DNA of 64,000 nt. Source: Bacillota bacterium (GTDB lineage Bacteria > Bacillota_I > Bacilli_A > RF39 > UBA660). Location: NCBI GenBank assembly GCA_023430885.1, contig JAEYYH010000032.1:19279-83278 (forward strand), written 5' to 3'. This document shows positions 56,366 through 64,000 of the stretch, in pieces. The position numbers were made by a program, and so were the translations under genes. The notes beneath the pieces were generated by a model that did not search any database, was not told the origin of the DNA, and saw only the letters and a program-made list of their open reading frames with translations. Each line of letters opens with the position of its first letter. Position 1 is the stretch's first letter.

Positions 56366-56430
56366 ATAAAAAAGTAGACGCTCTTTTTTTAGAATGTCTA
56401 CTTTTATAATATCACTTCATAATGATTGTT

Positions 56431-57585
56431 TTATAATTCAATATTTCCACTTATAATATCGCCAAGATATCTAAAGTATAGTTTAAATATATTAATCTTT
56501 TCGACATTTTCTTTTACGGTAATAGCAACTTCTCTTATTACTTCATCATCTTCGTATACTTCAATCTTCCCTATTTCATCGCCAACTTTAAGCGGTGCTT
56601 TTACTTTATACATTTTCACTTTATAAGTTGCATTAGTTTTCTGAGCTAATTTTTTATTTAAGAATGTTATATCTTCTTTTGGTACTACTTCTATATATCT
56701 AGTTTTTCCTTTATCAACTTCTGTACTGCCAAGAACACTATCAGTTGTAAGAAGAGTTTCTAGTTCATACTGGGCATATCCATAGTCAAGCATTGAAGAT
56801 ACTTCACTATTTCTTACTGTTGCATCTGCCTCACCCATTACAACAGCAATTAAACGCATGTTATTCTTATTTGCAGTTGCTGTTAAACAATAGCCTGCTC
56901 CTTCTGTAAAGCCAGTTTTAAGACCATCTACGCCACTGTAAAAGCGTACTAGTTTATTTGTATTAACTAGCCATATTTTAGTATCTAGATTTTCTCTTAA
57001 ATATGTTTCATATACAGATGTATATTCTAGAACTTTTTTATGTTTAACTAGTTCTTTTGCTATAAGACTCATATCTCTTGCTGTTGAATAATGATTAGCC
57101 GTGTCTAAACCGTGTGGATTTTTAAAATAAGTATTAGTTAATCCTAACTCAGTTGCTCTTTCGTTCATCATTTCGATAAACATTTCTTCAGTACCTGCTA
57201 TTTTTTCAGCAAGGGCTACAACAGCATCATTACCACTGGCAATAGCTACGCCTTTAAATAAGTCTTCTACACTCATTTCTTCACCAGTTTCAAGTAAAAT
57301 CTGTGATCCACCCATACCTGAAGCATTGGCTGATACCGTTACCATTTCGTCCCAACTAATAACACCTTTCTCAATAGCTTCTACTATTAGAAGCATGGAC
57401 ATTATTTTTGTCATTGAAGCTGGTGCTAATTTTTCATCAGCATTGTTTTCAAATAGAATCTCACCTGTTGAAGCTTCTATTAAAATAGCACTTTTAGCAC
57501 TAGGAGCCAAAGCTACATCTAAAGCTTTTACATTACATGGAATAAATAGTAGTATACTAATAACAATTATAATCACTTTTCTCAT
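56431..57585 (-). CDS. D-alanyl-D-alanine carboxypeptidase (low-molecular-weight PBP, DacA/DacF-like)
   Basis: 384 aa; signal peptide, SxxK active site APASMTKIMS, SGN and KTG motifs. Confidence 0.8.
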   Translation of the reverse strand: MRKVIIIVISILLFIPCNVKALDVALAPSAKSAILIEASTGEILFENNADEKLAPASMTKIMSMLLIVEAIEKGVISWDEMVTVSANASGMGGSQILLETGEEMSVEDLFKGVAIASGNDAVVALAEKIAGTEEMFIEMMNERATELGLTNTYFKNPHGLDTANHYSTARDMSLIAKELVKHKKVLEYTSVYETYLRENLDTKIWLVNTNKLVRFYSGVDGLKTGFTEGAGYCLTATANKNNMRLIAVVMGEADATVRNSEVSSMLDYGYAQYELETLLTTDSVLGSTEVDKGKTRYIEVVPKEDITFLNKKLAQKTNATYKVKMYKVKAPLKVGDEIGKIEVYEDDEVIREVAITVKENVEKINIFKLYFRYLGDIISGNIEL

Positions 57586-57636
57586 ATTACACCTCTAATA
57601 GATAATATGAAAAAAGACATATTTCTATGTCTTTTA

Positions 57637-58296
57637 TTAAATTACATTTAATAGTTCTTTTATTATCTCACTTGATCTATAAGCAGCCTTCTCTTCAAAG
57701 TCATCTTGACCGTCAGCAAAATCAGATATAGTTCTTAAAATAACAAAAGGTATATTATTTAAAGTAGCAATATGACCAATACTAGCACTTTCCATATCTA
57801 CTACATCTGCCTTTGTTTCTTCATATATTCTATCTCTTTCAATACTGTCGGTTACAAAGTGATCACCACTTGCAATTATAGCCTCGTGATAATTAGTGAT
57901 TTTAAGGTCATTTAAGACTTCTTTTACTTTTGCAACTAGTTTATCATCAGCAAGTATCTTGCCATTGTTAGGTGTACTATACTGCATAATTCTTACTGGT
58001 TTAAAGTCATGGTAAGTTACATAATTAGATATTACTATATCCATTACTTTTACTTTACTAGTTAAACTACCGGCGCAGCCTGTATTAATTATCATTTCTA
58101 CATCACATTTATTTATCAAGTACTGAGTAGTAGCAGCAGCATTTACTTTACCAATACCACTTTTTACAATATATAACTCTTTATTTTGATAACTACAATT
58201 ATATATATTATATTTATCATCTATCTTTTTTAAATCAAACATATCGATAAATTTTTCTATCTCGTTATCCATTGCTCCGATTATCCCTATTTTCAT
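57637..58296 (-). CDS. mtnN: 5'-methylthioadenosine/S-adenosylhomocysteine nucleosidase
   Basis: 219 aa; MKIGIIGAMDNEIEKF N-terminus and PNP_UDP_1 pattern. Confidence 0.8.
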   Translation of the reverse strand: MKIGIIGAMDNEIEKFIDMFDLKKIDDKYNIYNCSYQNKELYIVKSGIGKVNAAATTQYLINKCDVEMIINTGCAGSLTSKVKVMDIVISNYVTYHDFKPVRIMQYSTPNNGKILADDKLVAKVKEVLNDLKITNYHEAIIASGDHFVTDSIERDRIYEETKADVVDMESASIGHIATLNNIPFVILRTISDFADGQDDFEEKAAYRSSEIIKELLNVI

Positions 58297-58320
58297 ATAT
58301 CCCCCATAAAAAAGAGTGAA

Positions 58321-59580
58321 TTATTTTTCACCCTTTAATACATCTATAGCAGCTCTCATTGTTAAATCATATTTAATCATTTCTATACCACCAAATGCTT
58401 TTAAGAATTCATCTTTTGTCATTTGATATTTTTCCGCTAAAGTTGTTGCTTCTTTTTCAGCATCTTCTTCACTTATTGATAATTTTTCTGCTTTTACTAT
58501 TTCTTCAAGCATTAATCTATAAGTTACTCTATTTTTAGCTTCATCATGCATTTGTTCCATTAAAGCTTCTTCATTTGAATTAGTAAATTGGAAGAATTGT
58601 TCTAATGTAATTCCTTGCATTTGTAAATGCTCTTCATATTGATGAACCATTCTATGTGCTTCTTCATGAATCATAGTATCTGGTACTTCAACTTCTACTG
58701 TTTTAGCAGCTTCAGCTAATAAGTCATCAATATACTTATTATCTGCATCTGTTTCTTTTCTTAATTTAATAGTTTCTTCAACTTGTTTTCTTAAGTCAGC
58801 TTCTGTTTCTAAATCAGTCATTCCTAAATCCGCAAAGAAATCTTTGTCTAAATCAGGTATTTGAACTGTTTTAACTTCTTTTACTGTTACTTTAAATACA
58901 ACTGGAGCACCTTTTAAATCTTCAGCATGGTAATCTTCTGGGAAAGTTACATTAACATCTTTTGTTTCTCCCTTTTTCATACCTACTACTTGTTCTTCGA
59001 ATCCTGGAATAAATGTATGACTACCGATTGTTAAATCATAGTTTTCACCTTTTCCACCTTCAAATGCTACACCGTCTTTAAAACCTTCAAAATCGATAAC
59101 AGCAATATCGCCATCTTCTACTTTATCAGTTTCTTTAACAACGTTTTCAGCATATCTATTACGCATTTCACTAATTGTTTTATCTATTTCTTCTTTAGTT
59201 ACTTTTATTTCTGGTTTTGCTACTTTTAATCCTTTATACTTACCTAATTTAACTTCTGGTTTAGTAGTTAAAGTAAATACAAATTCAACTCCGTTTTCAT
59301 CAACTGATTTTAAAGCGATGTCAGGTTGTGCAACTAATTCTAAGTTATCTTTACCTTCAAATGCTTTTTTATAAGCTGATTCAAGTACTAAATCTCCAGC
59401 ATCCATAAATAATGATTCAACACCATATTTCTTCATGAATACTTCTTTAGGAGCTTTACCAGGTCTGAAACCATCTATTTTTGCTTTTTTACTTGCTTTA
59501 TCATAAGCTTTTTCTAAAGCATCTTTCCATTCTTGTCCATCAATTTTAACAGTTACTTCTGTTACATTTTTATTTGCCAT
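58321..59580 (-). CDS. tig: trigger factor
   Basis: 419 aa; ribosome-binding GFRPGKAP motif, FKBP-type PPIase middle domain. Confidence 0.9.
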   Translation of the reverse strand: MANKNVTEVTVKIDGQEWKDALEKAYDKASKKAKIDGFRPGKAPKEVFMKKYGVESLFMDAGDLVLESAYKKAFEGKDNLELVAQPDIALKSVDENGVEFVFTLTTKPEVKLGKYKGLKVAKPEIKVTKEEIDKTISEMRNRYAENVVKETDKVEDGDIAVIDFEGFKDGVAFEGGKGENYDLTIGSHTFIPGFEEQVVGMKKGETKDVNVTFPEDYHAEDLKGAPVVFKVTVKEVKTVQIPDLDKDFFADLGMTDLETEADLRKQVEETIKLRKETDADNKYIDDLLAEAAKTVEVEVPDTMIHEEAHRMVHQYEEHLQMQGITLEQFFQFTNSNEEALMEQMHDEAKNRVTYRLMLEEIVKAEKLSISEEDAEKEATTLAEKYQMTKDEFLKAFGGIEMIKYDLTMRAAIDVLKGEK

Positions 59581-59640
59581 AAATTTCCTCCCTCAAAACA
59601 TATCTAGTATATAATAAATCGTTTTTTTTTACAAGTTTTA

Positions 59641-59665
59641 TAAAGAAAAAAGCACTTATTGTGCT
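59641..59665 (-). terminator. weak terminator hairpin overlapping greA stop
   Basis: agcac-aataa-gtgct then TTTTTTC on minus strand; short 5-bp stem. Confidence 0.35.
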
Positions 59666-60138
59666 GAAATTTCTAATATTTTTACATCATAATCATCGGC
59701 ATCACATTTTACAGTTGCTATATCGCCAACTTTTTTACCAAGTATAGCTTGCGCTATTGGTGATTCATTTGAAATCTTATTTTCAAATGGGTCAGCTTCA
59801 GTTCTACCAACAATTAAATAAAGTTCTGTTTCTTTGTCGTCTACAAATTCAATTTTTACAGAAGTTCCAATTGAAACACTATCAGTATTAATTTTATCTT
59901 CACTAATTACTTCAGCAGTTTCTAATATTTTCTCAAGTTCTGTTATTCTTGATTCTATAACAGCTTGTTCATTTCTAGCAGCATCATATTCAGCATTTTC
60001 TGATAGATCTCCTAGAGCTCTAGCATCTTTTAATGCTTGAATATTTTCAGGTCTTTTTACTGTTTTCAAGACTTCAAGTTCTGCTTGTAACTCTTGTAAA
60101 CCTTTCCCTGTCAAATAAGTTTTTTCTGCATTTGCCAT
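59656..60138 (-). CDS. greA: transcription elongation factor GreA
   Basis: 160 aa; N-terminal coiled coil and C-terminal FKBP-like domain, conserved acidic tip residues. Confidence 0.9.
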   Translation of the reverse strand: MANAEKTYLTGKGLQELQAELEVLKTVKRPENIQALKDARALGDLSENAEYDAARNEQAVIESRITELEKILETAEVISEDKINTDSVSIGTSVKIEFVDDKETELYLIVGRTEADPFENKISNESPIAQAILGKKVGDIATVKCDADDYDVKILEISAQ

Positions 60139-60190
60139 ATTTATTCACCTCAAATTAATTTTATTTATTTTGTAAACCTACAAAATAATA

Positions 60191-61411
60191 CTATACTTTA
60201 GTAGTTTTGTCAACTATTTTTATACGCATCATATCATTTTGATTTACTGGTTTATCAACATGCATTTTAACTATTTGTTTTGGATGTCTAACTACTGAAA
60301 TAGTGTTATCATCCTCATCAATTATTTTATCTATAGTATATGTAAATGTTTTAGTTTTAGGACCAAAAAATTCTACTATATCACCTGTTTTAAAATAGTT
60401 TCTTTGTTCTAAAGTAACTATTTGATTTTCTTTGTCATAATCAAGTACTATTCCTAAAAAATCTTGATTAGATATTTCCACTCTACCATTATAATATTGA
60501 CTTTCTTTACCATAGTTTCCTAGGAAGAACTGACTAATACTATCTCTATTAGCACATGCTCTAAGTACTTTCTCATAATCACTATTATATTCATAGTTTT
60601 CCATATTATCATAATATTCGTCTATTACTTTACGATATATTCCTACTACAGTAGCTATATAGTAAACTGATCTCATTCTTCCTTCAATCTTGAATGAAGA
60701 TATGCCCATATCACACATTTCAGGAATATGTTTAAGTTCTGATAAATCTTTAGTACAGAAGGTAAAATCTTTTTCACCTTGCAGTGCTTCTTCTTTATCA
60801 TTTAACAAATTAAAATCCCATCTGCATATCTGAGCACAGCCACCACGGTTAGCATCTCTAGCAGTAAAGAAATTAGAAAGTACGCATCTACCACTAAATG
60901 ATGAACACATAGCTCCATGAATGAATGTTTCTATTTCAATATCAACATTATCTATTATTTCTTTTATATCTTCTTTTGATGCTTCTCTACCCATTACTAT
61001 TCTAGCAACACCTTGTTTTTTCCAAAACTTAATGGCTTCTATGTTTAGAGTCGAAGCTTGAGTAGATACATGTATTTCTAAATTGGTATTATCTTTTGCT
61101 ATTTTAATTATGGCTGGATCACTAACAATAATAGCATCTACCCCAGCTTTTTCAAGTTCTTTTAAGTACTCTACTAAAGCATCTATTTCTTTATTATGTA
61201 GTACTATATTTACGGTAACATGAACTCTTTTATTTAAAGAGTGAGCAAAGTTGCATCCCTCTTTAATATCATCTAATGTAAAATTGATAGCGTTAGCTCT
61301 AAGACCAAAAGCAGGTCCTCCTATATATACAGCATCTGCTCCATATATTAAAGCTATTTTTAATCTTTCTAAGTCTCCAGCTGGAGATAACAATTCTGGT
61401 TTCTTAATCAT
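60191..61411 (-). CDS. peptidase U32 family protein (YrrO/TrhO-like, tRNA 5-hydroxyuridine synthesis)
   Basis: 406 aa; MIKKPELLSPAGDLERLKIALIYGADAVYIGG U32 N-terminus; Cys-rich motif. Confidence 0.75.
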   Translation of the reverse strand: MIKKPELLSPAGDLERLKIALIYGADAVYIGGPAFGLRANAINFTLDDIKEGCNFAHSLNKRVHVTVNIVLHNKEIDALVEYLKELEKAGVDAIIVSDPAIIKIAKDNTNLEIHVSTQASTLNIEAIKFWKKQGVARIVMGREASKEDIKEIIDNVDIEIETFIHGAMCSSFSGRCVLSNFFTARDANRGGCAQICRWDFNLLNDKEEALQGEKDFTFCTKDLSELKHIPEMCDMGISSFKIEGRMRSVYYIATVVGIYRKVIDEYYDNMENYEYNSDYEKVLRACANRDSISQFFLGNYGKESQYYNGRVEISNQDFLGIVLDYDKENQIVTLEQRNYFKTGDIVEFFGPKTKTFTYTIDKIIDEDDNTISVVRHPKQIVKMHVDKPVNQNDMMRIKIVDKTTKV

Positions 61412-62264
61412 TTTTCTTCACCTTGTAGATAGTTTCTTTATATAAGAAACCTAAATTTGTTTTAAACATACTATCAATTTTTTCTTTATAATCATTTACA
61501 TTATCATTAGTTACTGTTTTAAACATATATACTACTTCTTTAAATTTATCATCATCTATACTAAAACTATTTAATACCATATAGTCTACTTTAGTATTTA
61601 ATACCTCAGTAATACCATTTAGTATATGTGAAGAATAAGCAACTGTGCCATCTTCAGAATCAATAATTTGATATTTATTTCCTTCTTTTTCTAGTATATT
61701 AATTTTACTATCATCTTTAAGGTCAAAAGTATCTAAATAATTTTTAACTAAATGTCTTCTACTTACAAACATAGGTAAATATCCAAACAAAGTTACCATT
61801 AATTTTGCTGATGCTTTTTCTTTTATTTCGTTTATTTCTTCTATTGTTATTTCACTAGAAAGATATGTATATTTAGCACCAAAATCATACCAATAATTAC
61901 TTGTTAAATAATTAGTAGTTAAATGTTCTTGATTCCAAACAAGAGCAGTTTTTAGTCCTAACTCTTCTTTCATATTTACTATGGCTATATCATAATACAT
62001 TATTCCATCTATTTCTTTTTTATCTAATTCTAGTAATGTTTCTTTTAAATAATCTAAATCACTATTAAACATATTTTTATTTAATGATATAAATATCTCT
62101 TTATTATTTTGATTACATATATCAATTATTTCAAATACTTCTTGTCTAGTGAAATTAAATGGCATATTGATACAAAGTTTATTAATTCCTACAATAACTC
62201 CGTCAATATTATCAATTATTTCACTTATTTGTTTCATACTACTAGGCATTACTAATAACTTCAT
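61404..62264 (-). CDS. peptidase U32 family protein (YrrN/TrhP-like partner)
   Basis: 286 aa; overlaps downstream U32 gene by 8 nt; same order as B. subtilis yrrN-yrrO. Confidence 0.65.
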   Translation of the reverse strand: MKLLVMPSSMKQISEIIDNIDGVIVGINKLCINMPFNFTRQEVFEIIDICNQNNKEIFISLNKNMFNSDLDYLKETLLELDKKEIDGIMYYDIAIVNMKEELGLKTALVWNQEHLTTNYLTSNYWYDFGAKYTYLSSEITIEEINEIKEKASAKLMVTLFGYLPMFVSRRHLVKNYLDTFDLKDDSKINILEKEGNKYQIIDSEDGTVAYSSHILNGITEVLNTKVDYMVLNSFSIDDDKFKEVVYMFKTVTNDNVNDYKEKIDSMFKTNLGFLYKETIYKVKKND

Positions 62265-62342
62265 ATCATCACTTCCATTTCTAAGTTATACATCATATAA
62301 CTAATTATTATATATTAGTTTAGTGTATAATGCAAAACATTT

Positions 62343-63161
62343 TTATCTTTTTTGCAATTTTTGTATTTCTCTTAGTGATTCATCACGTAATTTACAATAA
62401 TCACTTGTTATTTTTTTTATCATTTGAGTTGGTTTTTTGCCTAAGTCGCTATCTTTTTTATATAAACCTTTATCTAGTATTTCTTCTAAAGATTCCATTA
62501 TTCTAAATTTTGTAAAATCTGAATATATAGCATTATTTATTATTATTTGATTAATAGGCTCGGTTAAAAATTCAACACTCTCTGTTTTTGATTTGTAACC
62601 ACTTCTAATAACTTTTAACATTGCAATTAGATTATCTCTTGTTATATCCTTTTTCAAGTATAGAATAGTAAGAGAATTAAATAAATTAATCCATTCATTT
62701 CCTATCCCATATCCGCCACCAGAAATACGTCTATCTACTCTTTCAATTATCTTACTACCTTTTGTTTTATCACTATTATATTCATAGTTTTGCTCAATTA
62801 ATTCAATAAAATTAGAATCAATCAAAAACCTAAGCGATTGTAAATCACTTACCTTTTCTGAAGACGCTATATCTTTAATTACTTTTTTATAAAAGTCAAT
62901 ATCTGCTAAATGTCTATTACTTATTACTAAGCCTTTTTCTTCAAACACCATCTTATTTATAATTTGTCTTAATCTTTTGGATACAAAATACTTATGATGT
63001 TCGATACTTTTTGAAAAATAAGTATAATGGTTAGAATGTGCTATTTTACAAGTATCACCTTGGATATTAAAAGAAGGGTAACTATTACCTCCTTGAAATC
63101 TATATAGCATACTTGCTTTTTCTAAACTTATATTTTCTAGTATACTATGCCTAAATTCCAT
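62343..63161 (-). CDS. hypothetical protein
   Basis: 272 aa, soluble, no recognised motif. Confidence 0.4.
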   Translation of the reverse strand: MEFRHSILENISLEKASMLYRFQGGNSYPSFNIQGDTCKIAHSNHYTYFSKSIEHHKYFVSKRLRQIINKMVFEEKGLVISNRHLADIDFYKKVIKDIASSEKVSDLQSLRFLIDSNFIELIEQNYEYNSDKTKGSKIIERVDRRISGGGYGIGNEWINLFNSLTILYLKKDITRDNLIAMLKVIRSGYKSKTESVEFLTEPINQIIINNAIYSDFTKFRIMESLEEILDKGLYKKDSDLGKKPTQMIKKITSDYCKLRDESLREIQKLQKR

Positions 63162-63224
63162 AATATCCCTCCTTAAATTTCACAATATAATAGCACATTT
63201 TAAATAATAAATCAAAAAGAATAA

Positions 63225-63809
63225 CTATTTGTTATTCCTTTTGCTTATCATAAGACCATCGCCTATATCAACATACTTGGAATTATACTCTTTATTGCTA
63301 TCAAGCCACTCTAAATACGTCTTTATTTTTCTTATTAATTGTCTAACATTACGACTATCTATTTTGTCATCTGAAAATGTTAAACCATGAAAATTTATAT
63401 TATCAGTAATAATAGTTCCATTATTATTTAAATTCTTTTCATATTTTTGAAAAAACTTTATAGATTGGGCTTTAGCAGCATCTATAAATATTAAATCATA
63501 ACGGCCTGTTACTTCTAATTCTAAAGCATCACCATATATAGCATTTATTTTATCTTCTAAATTAAATGCTTTTATATTTTTAATTGCTTCTTCATATCTT
63601 CCCTTATCTCTTTCAATGGTTGTTACTGTTATATCATTATCCATCATTGTCATTCTTATAGCTGAATAACCTATAGCAGTTCCTATTTCTAATATGTTTT
63701 TTACATTATTCTCTCTTACATATTTAGTAAGAAATTCTATACCATCATGTTCCATTATAGGAACACCATGGACTTTGGCATAATTCTCTATATCTTCTAT
63801 GCGCACCAA
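63225..63809 (-). CDS. class I SAM-dependent O-methyltransferase (YrrM/TrmR-like tRNA mo5U methyltransferase)
   Basis: 194 aa; LEIGTAIGYSAI SAM-binding motif, DLIFIDAAK; probable TTG start overlapping mltG stop. Confidence 0.7.
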   Translation of the reverse strand: MVRIEDIENYAKVHGVPIMEHDGIEFLTKYVRENNVKNILEIGTAIGYSAIRMTMMDNDITVTTIERDKGRYEEAIKNIKAFNLEDKINAIYGDALELEVTGRYDLIFIDAAKAQSIKFFQKYEKNLNNNGTIITDNINFHGLTFSDDKIDSRNVRQLIRKIKTYLEWLDSNKEYNSKYVDIGDGLMISKRNNK

Positions 63810-64000
63810 TTCCCCGCCGCCTTTAACTGATTAATTGTATTGTAATGACCATTATCATCGTAGTTTAAATATGTTTTGCCACTACAATCTGCTACAAAGT
63901 AATAGTAGTTATGACTAGTTGGATTAAATACTGCTTTTAAAGATTCTTCACCAGGATTATCAATTGGTCCGACTGGAAGACCAGCTCTTGAGGTACATCT
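63798..64000 (-). CDS. mltG: endolytic murein transglycosylase MltG/YceG-like, C-terminal fragment (gene continues beyond window)
   Basis: Manual minus-strand translation RCTSRAGLPVGPIDNPGEESLKAVFNP...: matches the conserved GLPPGPIxNPG block of the YceG family; synteny with yrrL-yrrM-yrrN-yrrO. Confidence 0.5.

Larger units (their letters stand above)
55212..56419 (-). mobile_element. IS3-family insertion sequence (orfA/orfB with programmed -1 frameshift), apparently intact
   Basis: 1208 bp; imperfect terminal inverted repeats TGAAGTGA...AGTAGACA at both ends (TG...CA termini); flanked by 4-bp direct repeat TAAT (55208..55211 and 56420..56423); slippery A-AAA-AAC at 56096..56102 in orfA frame opens into orfB frame. 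Confidence 0.8.

Overview
This is a very AT-rich (roughly 27% GC) window from a spore-forming, low-GC Firmicute (Clostridia-like). Almost all genes lie on the minus strand. No rRNA, tRNA or CRISPR was seen.

The two ends are ordinary housekeeping context. Positions 1-31.8 kb: an M16 peptidase pair, add-deoD purine salvage, uvrA with a LexA-like box, the spoVAC-spoVAD-spoVAEb operon, an Alg13/Alg14-like glycosyltransferase pair, a STAS antagonist plus SigF/SigB-group sigma factor with no kinase between them, a ClpC-like AAA+ protein, and a TetR plus heterodimeric ABC exporter operon. Positions 56.4-64 kb: D-Ala-D-Ala carboxypeptidase, mtnN, tig, greA, and mltG-trmR-trhP-trhO in B. subtilis yrrL-M-N-O order.

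The middle (about 32-54.7 kb) is an accessory island organised around archaeal/ER-type SipW signal peptidases:
- a canonical SipW;
- a SipW domain fused to a ~580-aa cytoplasmic extension (internal tandem repeats, C-terminal degenerate EAL-like region), co-operonic with a membrane-anchored McrB-like AAA+ NTPase and a 377-aa partner;
- a catalytic-residue-less SipW-like paralog;
- at least nine secreted proteins with SipW-cognate 'TYAWF/TLAWF'-type signal peptides, including a 1232-aa GLUG-repeat protein and four independently terminated paralogs, three with C-terminal DUF5011 Ig-like domains.

Two of the paralogs (51292 and 53168) share the TTGACA - extended -10 promoter architecture with tandem TTGACAA repeats; the same conserved leader is shared by the 50386 gene and the 51292 paralog. 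An intact IS3-family element (1208 bp, 4-bp TAAT duplication, A-AAA-AAC frameshift site) lies at the island edge.

Outside the island, three dispersed, individually terminated prepilin-type proteins carry unusual C-terminal domains (GLUG repeats; an FGE-sulfatase-like domain), with no prepilin peptidase or assembly genes in the window.
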